Assembly: GCA_051294375.1 (NCBI GenBank)
Contig: CM119266.1
Coordinates: 8,712,177 to 8,739,640, forward strand
Source of the DNA: Paraspadella gotoi
Lineage: Eukaryota > Animalia > Chaetognatha
Direction of reading: 5' to 3'
DNA length: 27,464 nucleotides
In this document: positions 1 through 11,000 of the stretch, piece after piece
How positions within the stretch are numbered: the first letter of the stretch is position 1
Layout: every line of letters starts with the position of its first letter
Notes under the pieces: generated by a model
Told to the model about the DNA's origin: nothing
The model's database searches: none
Seen by the model: only the letters and a program-made list of their open reading frames with translations
Made by a program: the position numbers and the translations under genes

Positions 1-159
1 ACTGGACAATTAGATATTCATGATAGGATATGAATGAATGAATGCTCGAGGCAATAAATGCATGAATGAATGCATACAAGAGAGAACAACTGAAATAATG
101 AATGAATGAATGCATTCAAAAGAGAATAAATAAACAAACTACCTCGGAAACCTCTCCAG

Positions 160-3100
160 ATCGATCGACCAACTGCTCGTCGACATCACTCACTCCTTCG
201 ACTCGCGATTCAGAAATTCTCGGATCCAAAAACTTTTCTCCATCGATGGAGACGAAATCGGGAAAGTGGACGACCTCTTGGAGGCCAACGAAGCCGCGGT
301 GAGGGTAGTCAGTGGCGTCGGAGGTCAGAGAGACCCTGGTTATGACGGGCTGTTGGAGGCTAATGAAGTCGTTGGAAAAGGGGTGTTGACAGGACGTTGA
401 AGTGAAACGCGCCTGAGTTGAGGCCTTCAAATCTTGTTGAAGGCCACATTGGAGTTAGTGAAGGGTGATAGGGTGTTGGCAGTTTTTTGGGAGGCTTTCG
501 AAAGCTATTGAAGCTGCGAGTTTCGCTGTTGGTTTTTGAGGCAGGGAAGACCGTCTTGAGGAACTGGAGGGGTGTTCAAACTCCACTCTACCTACTCAAT
601 CACGTCTATTCTCAAACCACTCTTCTCCAACCACCCTTAACCACCCTTCCCAGGTATTCGTCGGCGTGGGCGACCACGAGTCCGTTTCCTCCACTGATTT
701 TCTCAGCATTCGACGCGAACTTTTCGGAAAAATGAAATCCGTCTCAAAATATTCTAAGATCCGGAGTCAGATCGGCAGGTTGGTTGGTTGGAGGCTTGAT
801 TGATTGGTTATATCGAAGGTTGCTTGCTTGCCTCATTAATTGATAGGTTGGTTTGTTGGATTGATTTAATGGTTGGTTGGATGAATGTGTGTATTGGTTG
901 GTTAATTGTTTGGTTACTTGCATACCTGATTGATTGTTTGCTTGGTTAGTTGCATGGATTGATCCCTGCGATTCAATGGTTGGTTGGATGTTCGTTTAAC
1001 TGGTGCCATGGATGTTAGGCTGCATAATTTCATCGCTTAACTCTTTTAGCTTTTCACATATTTTTAATAAATTAAAGCCGCGTTCACTTATCAATGCATT
1101 TCTGATGACTATCAATATCTCTGTCACACTTTTCCTGCCACAGACGCGACTATCGGACACACCCCCCCCCACCCCCGCCTCCTCCACGCCTCCTCCGAAA
1201 CCGAAAGCTCTCAACCGCCCACCTCGCCGCGTCTCGTTGCTAAGGCGTCGTCAAGGACGACGACGACGACGACGGCGGCGAGGGACGACGACGAAGAGGA
1301 CGACGAACGAGGTGACGGGGAAATGATGATTGTGGAAATGATAAGATGGTTCGATTCATTCAGGTTTATTTTTTTTATCTTAACTTGACTACAGTACCAT
1401 AATTTGAACGAATGATTATATTTTATTGAGGAAAACGCTTTTAAGTTGAAGATTTCTGACAAGGGCGCAAAAAAATAACGATATATTTCAATTTCTTAAA
1501 CATTTTTTTTTGTTCTCTGCAATTTATATTTTTTGCGGAAGACAACATTTTTCGTTTTCTGTGATGAATTGATATAGGTCATTCTTATCGTTTTGCTGCC
1601 GACAAGGCAAGTCCGAAAAATCAGTATAAATGAAATAAAAATTATATTTATAGTATTAATATTATTTTTACCGTTTCTACTATTATTCAGATTTGGTCGA
1701 GAGCGAGAAACACACCGGTAAAGATTCGGGGATCGAAGACGAAGACACGCCGAGGGACAGCGAAGGAGGAAGCAAGACCTCGTTGGTGGAAAGAAGGGAT
1801 GAAGAAGGTGAGAATTAAGGAAAGGGATTAAGGAAAAGGAAAGAGTGGATTAAGAAGGTGAGACTTAAGGAAATGGATTAAGGAAAAGGAAAGAGTGGAT
1901 TAAGAAGATGAGAATAAAGGAAAGGGATTAAGGAAAAGGAAAGAGTGGATTAAGAAGGTGAGAATTAAGGAAAGGGATTAAGGAAAAGGAAAGAGTCGAT
2001 TAAGGTGAGAATAAAGGAAAGGGATTAAGGAAAGGGCAAACAGAAAAGTATGGAAAAGTTTAAATTAAGGAATAGATTAATCGAAAGAAGGGAATCGAAA
2101 AATAAGCTTTGAAGAACTACGAAAGAGACAGTCTATAGGAAAAACAAATTGTTTTCAAAGAAAGTTCAATGAGGGGAATACAAATTATACGTACATGAGA
2201 AGAGAAGATCAATAATAATTTTAAACCAATGAATATTTTAAATAACTTTTGTATTTTTTTCTAGAAACTTCGACGTCGTCAACGAATTTTCAAAAAGGAC
2301 TTCGCGTCGAGAAAATTCGTCTCGAAGCTCAAAGCAGAAACAGGTCGGTCAGTCTTGCCTCTCTCTTCTATCCCGTTTCAAACCCCATTTCGCTTCTGTC
2401 AAACTGTCTCTATCTCTTCTTTTTTCGTTTCCCCAGAAAATCGACCTCCGCCGCCGCTGAAGGCGCCACCTCGCCCGCGGCGGCGTCGAAGGCGACCTCT
2501 TCGGAAAACAAAAGACACTCCGACGAAAACAAAAGAACAACGGACGAAACGAAGAAAAGCGAAAAGAAAAAACTGCCTCCTCTAAAGTGACGACGGGCGA
2601 CGGAGATTTCAAGTCGCGGTTGATGAAAGAGAAGGAAAAGGAGAAAGAGAAGATGGAAAGAAATAGAGAGGAGATAGAGAGGAGAGAGGAACAGAGAGAA
2701 AAGTTGTGGTCCAAAGAAAAGAGGAGATGTTCAGGTGAGAATGTTGATTAAATAATTTATTTAATAATATTTATTAGTAGTTTATCTAACGGGTATAACC
2801 CTATTAAATTTATCTTAAAATAGTAAAATAAGACTTTTATGAAAACGGTATAAAAAGATATGAGAAATGATCTAAACTGCTACAATATGTAAATGAGATT
2901 AAGAACTCGATCTCATTTGAAATGAATTACAAGTTATGTTGCTACATTGAATCATTAAATGCTGACGTTTTCCACCCAGACGCGTCCGGTCCTCCAACGC
3001 CCGTTCCGCCAACTCTCCCGCCAGGGCCACATCCTCCGGCTCCGGAGCTTCCGCCGCCAGCGCCGCAAAGAGACGCCGGCGCCGCAGCGATTCGTCGGCG

Positions 3101-6100
3101 TCGGTGCCGAGAGTCGCGCCGACGAAAAGGGCACCGCTCGTGCATCACAGGTTTTTGCGATATTTGAAGGACTTATCATTAGTGACATTATCATTTATTA
3201 TCCATTCCTCTATCACAGATCCGTGGAGGAAATTCCCGGCGAAGAATCTCGTCGAGATTTCGACGAACTTCGTCCCATCGACGAGGTGAGAAGCGGAACC
3301 GTCGGCGCGAGAAGCGGAAAAGAGGAAGTGAGAAGCGGACACGAAAGGGGCCGAAAGGAGAGAAGCGGAGAAGGGAGAGACACTTTAACCGTCGTGGACG
3401 TGACGTTACTCGAAACCGGAAATGACGTCAGGGATGACGTTACCGATGACGTCAACGTCGACGTCGAATACGAAGTCGAAGACGATTTCGAACAAATCGT
3501 CGTGGACGAAGATGGAGAAGACGAGGTCAGATGTTGCTGTTGAAGATGCTGTTGAAAATTTAGCTCTCTTTGCCAAACCCCGGAACTTAGTTTTAACCTT
3601 AATATTAAACCTTAATCCTAACCTAATACTTAATCCTAAACCTTAATCTTTAATCTTTGACCCAAATTTTTGATCTTAACCTTAAAACTTAGCCTTTAAA
3701 CCCTAAACCCTGACATTAATCATTAACCTAATTCTTAAGCCCAACCTTAAACCTCAGACTTAAACCTAAGACTAAAACTCTTGAAATTTTTTGGGAATTC
3801 TTGCTAATTGATTATTCAAATTTTGTTAATTTAAATTTTGACAATAATAAATTTTGTTTATTTTTTTTTCCAGCCGCCAGCTGCTGCCTCCACAATCGTC
3901 GCAGGCGCCGCGGCCCCAGCCGCCGCTGCAGCCGCGGCTGTCGCCGACGTAGATTTCGAAATCTTCGAAGTCGACGACGACGAATTCGAGGCGGCGATGG
4001 AATCGAAAGCGGCGCCGGCGGAGGCGAGGGCGGCGCCGTCAAAAGGGAGACCGGCGCCGGACGCCGATCGAGACCGCCTCGCCGGGAGGGGGAAGGTACG
4101 CAGGGGGGAGATGGGGGAGATGGGGGGGGAGAAAATGGGGTGAGGTGAAATGTTGAGGTTTGGTTTGTTTGAGAAGAGGGCTGGGTGAGAGTTTTCATTT
4201 AAGATCCACTCTAGATGTCGTTGAACTGAACTGAACTGAACTGAACTGAACTGAACTGAACTGAACTGAACTGAATGTGACCTGTTATGCTACCTACATT
4301 ATTGTGTCATCGTTTGTGACGTCAACTCTGATATTAACTTCCTGCAGGGAGGCCCTTCCGTTTCTTCTGGCATCATCTGTGATATTCAATCCGTGAGAGT
4401 CGTTCACGATCGCTACTCGTTGGGAAAGCAAATCGGTGATGGGAACTTCGCCGTCGTCAGGACTTGCAGGGCCAGGTTGGTTGTTGTAGTTATTGTTGTT
4501 GTTATGATTTGTAGGGAACCGGTTGGATATTTTAAAGATTGAGTTTATAAAGTGAACGTAGAACAAATACATAACTTGTTTTAACTACGGGTCCTTACTT
4601 AAAAAGTTGAAGCATACTCGTTTTGAGCGAATTCCCTTACACCCGGACGTAAATACTACAAGAAATTGTCCCTTCGTATCTTTTGTACAGTAAAGTATTG
4701 ATACAGAGGATACAGTTGCTCGCTGGACCCATTTTAGGGTGGGTCTTTTCTCCTTAGTTCCATTGTATTAAGCCTTTGGGATTTTTAGTACAATAATGAA
4801 TGTCACGTGTGTAGACTTTTAAGTCTTGTGACAGTCTGAGAAGTAGTTGGAAAAAATTATAATTCAATGTTAAAATTTTGTAATTTTAAAGTGTTATTAA
4901 CATTAGTTTTAGATTTTAGTTTTGGGAAAATTTTGAAAACTAAAGATTTGTGTCTTTTTCTAAAAAATATTTCTTATTTCTTATTTCTTATTTGTTATGT
5001 CTGCTTTTTCTCTTTAATTATCAATTCGTGTTTTGTTGTTTTCTTTATCCTGTTTTATCTTTTCCGAATTTTCTCCTTTCAATCCTTTGACAATTAAATT
5101 TTTTTCCAAACTTTATTCTTTCTTGTGAAATTTAATCCAGCGTCTCTTTCCCAATTTTGTTCCCCACGATCCCATTCCCCACACTTGTTCCACACTTGCC
5201 CCCACAGGTACGGCGCCACAGTGGGCGTGACCGGCGCCGAATTCGCCATCAAAGTCATCGACAAATCAAGGTTGAACGGAAAAGAGGAGATGGTGAAGAG
5301 CGAAGTCTCGATCATGCGGCGATGCGCTCATCCCAACATCGTCAAACTGATGGAGGAGATGGAGACGAAGGAGCACATCTACCTCGTGATGGAGTTGGTC
5401 AAGGTGTGAGGCCAATTGATGGGGGAACGAAAAATGTCACAATTTTCATTCTCATTTTTTGGGGATTTTTTCATTTGGCTTTTTTTTTTTGTATCGAAAT
5501 TTACAGTTTCAGGCGGAAGAACACATAGGAAATTATTAATGATTTCCTTTTGAGGAAATAACATTCCTTTCTCCCCACTCACCATCCCCACTCCCCCCCC
5601 CAAGGACGGCGACCTCTTCGACGCCATCACCCGCCACCAACGATTCGACGAACGCCCTGCCTCCCGAATGGTGAGCGACGTCGCCTCCGCCCTTCGTTAC
5701 CTCCACTCGTCGCGGATCGTGCATCGCGACTTGAAACCAGAAAATCTCCTCGTCGTAAGGGGTGAGTTAGTCTGTAGGTCGGTCTTTGTAAGGAAAAGAT
5801 TTAAATTCAAGTCTGATTAATTAATAATAAAAACGGGAAAAATGTAGTGTTTTTTTTGAAACATTCAAAATTAAAGTAAATATTACCGAAAAACTTATTA
5901 CTGCAATATGTAAATGAGATTTTTCTTTCCTTCCCAGGTGAAAGTGGATCTCCCTCCCTCAAACTCGCCGACTTCGGCCTCGCCATGGTCGTCGACGATC
6001 CGCTCTTCACAGTCTGCGGCACGCCCACCTACGTGGCGCCGGAGATTCTCAATGAGACTGGTGAGAGAGAGATAGATAGATAGAGAGAGAGCGAGAGAGA

Positions 6101-7203
6101 GATTCAGTCCCCCCCTCCCAATCTTTTCCAGGTTACGGCCTCCCCGTAGACATTTGGGCCCTCGGCGTCATCACCTACATCCTTCTTTGCGGATTCCCTC
6201 CCTTTCGATCTCCCGATCGACGACAGTCTGAACTCTTTGAGATCATCAAAGCCGGAGAGTTCGAGTATCTCAGCCCTTACTGGGACAGGTACTTGTAGAA
6301 TTTGAACTAAAAATGGCGTAAAATGATGATGATATCGTGATGAGCACTACTGTCTCATGGGCGGGTATGATTGGTACTGGGAGAAAGAGATCCTATCATA
6401 GTGCAGTGAGAAAATAAAATCGTGTGATGCTGATGAAAGTTTATTGAGTTGTGATGCCCCATGGAATATGGGACATAGTTGTGCCATCAATGGATGGAAC
6501 TATAGACAAACATGGACGACCAAGCACATCAAAAGACGTATTAAGGAGTTGCTGGGTCATGATACTTATTTTTCCTACTTCTTTTGCCTCTCCTTTCTCC
6601 TCCTCATCTTCTTCCTCCCTTTTCTCTTTCTCACTCTCTTCCTCTTCCTCACTCTCTTCCTCTTCCTTCCCCCAGCATCTCGTCCCCAGTTCGCGACTTG
6701 ATCGACTCCATGTTGGAGATGGATCCTCAGCGGAGATTTAAGGCTTCGCAGGTGAGGATTTGTGTGAGGATTTGTGCGAGGATTTGTGTGATGATTTGTG
6801 TGAGGATTTGTGCGAGGATTTGTGTGATGATTTTTGTGAGGATTTGTGTGAGGATTTGTGCGAGGATTTGTGTGAGGATTTTTGCTATGGATTTTTATTT
6901 GGATTTCGCTGTGAATGTTTCTGAGGTTTATTCTTTTTTAATGGTAGAAAGATTTAAAATAGATGACGATTTATCAATTTAATTTGATGTGAAAAATCAG
7001 TGGTAAAAAATAAGGAATAAAGAAATATTTTCGGTAGTGACCTTTCATGAAAAAATATTTATAAATCATATCCGAATAATTTTAAATGACGCTTGGAACA
7101 AGTGCAACCCTCATTTACTAATGTCTAATTCATGTTAATTGTGTCTCAGGTTCTAAACCACAAATGGATTCTCAAACACAATCTTCCCGCGCGAGAACCT
7201 TGA
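160..7203 (+). CDS. DCLK3: Doublecortin-like serine/threonine kinase (DCLK3-like), 5' end outside window, multi-exon
   Basis: Exons bounded by GT-AG: 160-298, 654-778, 1144-1311, 1691-1807, 2265-2343, 2437-2734, 2980-3150, 3219-3525, 3874-4095, 4348-4475, 5208-5403, 5605-5761, 5938-6060, 6132-6288, 6676-6751, 7150-7203 (TGA). The first two exons give a DCX domain ([52 protein letters not shown]). Kinase motifs: [71 protein letters not shown]. Three 1-nt homopolymer indels (~1165, ~2585, ~3068) must be assumed in the linker exons. DCLK family assignment is firm; the DCLK3 subtype is from recalled similarity. Confidence 0.88.
1803..2035 (+). repeat. 50-bp purine-rich minisatellite, about 4.5 copies, starting at a splice donor
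   Basis: Unit AGAAGGTGAGAATTAAGGAAAGGGATTAAGGAAAAGGAAAGAGTGGATTA. Confidence 0.9.
3590..3780 (+). repeat. Degenerate (TAACCY)n-like hexamer repeat, intronic
   Basis: Recurrent AACCTT, AACCCT and AATCCT units. Confidence 0.6.
4222..4275 (+). repeat. (TGAAC)n microsatellite
   Basis: About 10 perfect pentamer copies. Confidence 0.95.
4348..7203 (+). CDS. DCLK3: Protein kinase domain exons of the DCLK gene (CAMK group)
   Basis: Seven phase-compatible exons, uninterrupted frame, with Gly loop, VAIK-type Lys, HRD, DFG and APE motifs all present. Confidence 0.95.
6752..6882 (+). repeat. 12-bp minisatellite (GTGAGGATTTGT)n, about 11 copies, starting at a splice donor
   Basis: Directly visible; produces the VRIC/ARIC periodic ORF in the track. 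Confidence 0.95.
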
Positions 7204-7239
7204 GGGAGAAAAAAAGGTTTTGAATGCGATGGAGATTTG

Positions 7240-7245
7240 AATAAA
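7240..7245 (+). promoter_or_regulatory. Polyadenylation signal of the DCLK gene
   Basis: AATAAA 37 nt downstream of the stop codon at 7203. Confidence 0.55.
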
Positions 7246-7931
7246 GTCTGAATACAAATCAATGAAGACTGAATAGAAATTAATTGACACCAGAAATAGG
7301 ACAGTTGAAACGATATCGGTTGTAGAGAATTACATTTGCTTCATCCTATTTAACAAAATTGAAGTTAGACAAATTAAAATTTAATCGTATTTAACACTTA
7401 GACTTAGAATCCTCAGTTTAAAAACGTAATTTTATAATTTTTAAATTTGTCTATTTTTCAAAGTATTCTATTTTATATTGATAATAAGATACTCTCTGAT
7501 GCTCAAATACAACAAAGCATATATAGAGACTTTGCTACAAATCAAAGCGAATTACCTCAAACCTTACAGCATTTGATGATTTGCTTCATTGTGTTGCTGC
7601 ATCGCTTTCTTTTTTGTCCAATGAAGACTGTTTCACTTGCTGATGGAACTCTTTTTCTCTTCTGTTTCAAATCTTAGTTTTCCTGTTGGCACAATCTTTC
7701 ACACAAAATTTTGAAAAAAGAAGCAAAGCTTTGCACGCACAATTTCTTACCGCTGAGTTTTTATAAACTTTTTAAAGTTAAAAAATAAACCAAAACTAAA
7801 GTTTCATATGCCGCTATATAAAAAGTATATATTGTGATTAAGTTATGTTATCAAGTTAAACTTTGTCGCTTAACAGTAAATCAATCACTTTTTATTTTCA
7901 TATTCTATGATAAAGAATCAAAAAAAGCCAG

Positions 7932-8122
7932 TCCCTTCCCCAGGGGAAAGTTGTTCCCCTCTAAGTCTTTCCCCTGGGGAACGCCTTTCCCCTTTCCGGA
8001 AATGTTGTTCCCCTCCAGGACTTTCCTCAAGGAAAAGTTGTTCCCCTCACTGAATAACTTTCCCCGGGGAAAGTCCCTTCGGGAAAAAGAACGCTCCCCT
8101 CATTTAAAATATGTTTCCCCTT
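7932..8122. repeat. Cluster of TTCCCC/GGGGAA palindromic repeats, possibly regulatory
   Basis: TTCCCCAGGGGAA 7936-7948, TTCCCCTGGGGAA 7969-7981, perfect 18-bp palindrome ACTTTCCCCGGGGAAAGT 8057-8074, and three GTTGTTCCCCTC units. Confidence 0.7.
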
Positions 8123-9180
8123 TTAAAAAATGATGTTGGTTACTGTGTAACTAAAAGCGTCCTTAGTGATTTATTTATTGAATTGTGATCTCTAGTTGTA
8201 AAACTTTTTCACTGCCCGACTGGTCAATTCACGCGGTTCTTCTTTTGCACATTTCGCTAATTTAAAATAATAATGATCATTTTGTTACTGTTTCTTTAAT
8301 TTCATTTAAACTGTACTATATAGTATTAAAAAAAATTGATCAGGATTCTTCTGCAAGCGCATAGCGTTTTTGGGATAATCTTAAAACGGTTAATACATAA
8401 ATGATTACTGTCCTTCGAATTTGTTACTTTGTTCGTAAAAATTATGTTCACAATACATTTCCTATGGGTTATAACGATTTTAATGTATTAATATTTATTT
8501 TCAAAAACGCCAATTATTAGACAGAAATAAAAGTTTAGAATATAATACTACTAAAGGAGAAATTAGTTTAGTGGTTGCAAAGATGATGAGATGACGAATG
8601 GGTAAATGCATTAGAGGACAGGGATAAAAGATAAGATTCATGTTGAGGGTAAACCAATAGCAGTAAAATCACACCTTGTCTCAGTTAAAGGGAAAAAATT
8701 TGGCAAAAAATGTAATTGAATTGTTCTGGATTGTACTGATGGGTAAGACATATTCTCCCCTCTCGCCCACTCAATTCGAAATGGTTTTCACCCTTTTGTA
8801 CTAAACGGAAATAACTCTTGGCCCTTTCCGCCACTCTCTGCTTACTCAAGTTGAAAATTCCCGCCTTTTTTTCTCTCTGAAAAAGTTGGCGGGAAACGAG
8901 ATTTGATTTCTTTAGCAAAGAAATCCGTGGAAAAAAGAAAAAAAAATTGGAAAAAAAAATTGGAAAAAAAAAAGAAAGAACAAACTCAAAGCAGCTCAAC
9001 AAACAGAAAAACTTTTAACTTTAAATTCACGATTTTATCTCGAATCTGTGAAACGAAAAGCAATATCCTCTAGCGAAAAAAAGAATGTTTTTATGGCTTT
9101 AACGCTTAGAAAACTCAATTTGTAAAATAAGCTTAACTTAAAAAACGAAACATAACGAAACGAAACGAAACGAAACAAAA

Positions 9181-10384
9181 ATGTCGGTGAAAAAAATTTC
9201 GTTGGGATTTCGAATGATCGAAGTTTTGAAGAAAAAATTCGACGAATTCGACAAAGATAAAAATGGAGTCTTGACTTTGGACGAAATTTTGGAAATGTGC
9301 GACGCTGGTGAGAAAATCAATCGATCGATCAGTCAAAGCGATTAGACAATAATCTTCAATATGAGGCTAATGAGAATAATAAAAAAAATATAGAGAGAGT
9401 CTTGATTGAAAGCTTGCAAGAGTGATGGAGGCCTTAAACCACCAAAGCCTGTCCAAAGTCAGGGGCAAGATAGATTCTTTATTAAATGAATGGATAATTT
9501 TTATATTGGTTGCACCAATTTCATAGTTTCGATAGATAGTGGCAACTTCTAGGGAATCTTCCTGCAGCTGTAACTTGGTCAGCCTTTTGGTAATGTTACC
9601 AAAAATTGATCACGTTATGCGGTTATTGGAATGTCACAGTCGCCTCGTTTATCATTTGGTTCGATCGTAAATTTCATGTTGGTAAAATGTAAATAATGTT
9701 TTCGCAGACAAAAGCGACGCGGAGAAAATAATGAAACATTTCGATATGAACGGAGACGATCAAATTGAGAGAGAAGAATTCAAACACGTCGGATTGTTGT
9801 TGTTGTCGAATCAACAATTCAAGGTGAGGAAAAAAGAGAAGGGAGAGAGATAGCGGTCTTTCTGTCAGTTTTAGAAACTGTCTTTCATTGTAAGATCAAT
9901 ATAAAAATTATATATTCATTAAACAAATAACCTTTAAAAAAATAAAAACAAACAAACAAATAACGTTGACTGTTGATAGGCTGGGTTAAGGCGTCAATTC
10001 CTCTTACAACTTTATATTATCATCGCAGTTAATAGACCAAACGGTTTGCCTCTCTTGGCTTTTTTTAAAATTTTAACTCGGTTTAAATTTTTTTCTTATA
10101 CTTTCCCACCTTTTTCTCCTTGTTCTTTTAGCAATCTACCTCAAGTCTTTTTCTCCTTTTTTTTCTTCATTCATACCTTCTGCCCTCTTCCTCCTTCTCC
10201 CCTCTTCCTCCTTATCCTCTCTGACCTCCTTCTTCCCTCTTCCTCCTGCTCTCTTCCTCTCACTCTTCCGAAAAATTCCTTTCCTTCTTCCTTTTCTTCT
10301 TTCACTTCCTTTCTCTTCCTCCACTTCTCATCGTCGACTATTGACCTCTCTCTCCTCTCCTCTCTCTCCTCCTCTCTTCTCTCT

Positions 10385-10435
<51 letters not shown>

Positions 10436-10584
10436 CCTCATCTCAGTCCTACGACACCAACGGGGACGGCGTTCTCTCAAAGTCCGAATTCTTTTCCGCC
10501 TTAAAATCGATGAAATTCGAAGACGAACAAATCGATCGAATTTTCCGTCGCGCAGACGCAGATTCGTCGGGAACGATCGACAGG

Positions 10585-10619
<35 letters not shown>

Positions 10620-11000
10620 ATCTCAATTGTTATCGTTGTTCATAATCATATTCCCGTTATTTTCGTCGTCGTTGTTGCGAGCTTTTATAGTTTTATAATT
10701 AATAATTAAAAACAAGTGGTTTTTACAGATTAGCCTTAGGATAATTACTTACATACATACATAGTTACATACATTACATTATATTAATTACATATTGTAT
10801 AACTGAGGATGATAATTGACGATTTTGAAATAAAATTTTATCATTAAAAATATTTTTTGGAAAAAATCGAATACCATTTGATGAGTATAATAAATAGCGA
10901 ATTGGACAATGACAAAATGACAAAATGACAAAATGACAAAATGACAAAAATAATCATCAATCGATCACAGATTTGAATTCCTCTCCGCGTTGATGCATCT
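9181..11000 (+). CDS. Four-EF-hand calcium-binding domain (N-terminal part of the fusion gene)
   Basis: Four 12-residue loops with D at position 1, D/N at 3, D/N/S at 5, hydrophobic at 8 and E at 12, each flanked by helical segments. EF4 is split by intron 10584-10970. Confidence 0.92.

Noticed and set aside
1803-2035. Regular repeats as a possible CRISPR array
   Set aside because: Head-to-tail units with no unique spacers, no cas genes, and an intronic eukaryotic context.
2580-2595. Programmed frameshift or readthrough at CTAAAGTGA in DCLK
   Set aside because: No slippery heptamer or downstream structure is evident, and similar homopolymer indels elsewhere in the window point to sequencing error.
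6584-6982. ORF with Cys-rich periodic VRIC/ARIC repeats
   Set aside because: Read-through from a kinase exon into an intronic 12-bp minisatellite. The true frame splices at 6751 to 7150.
7560-7690. Possible minus-strand exon (CAG acceptor near 7683, GT donor near 7562)
   Set aside because: All three frames contain stops between the candidate splice sites and there is no recognisable homology.
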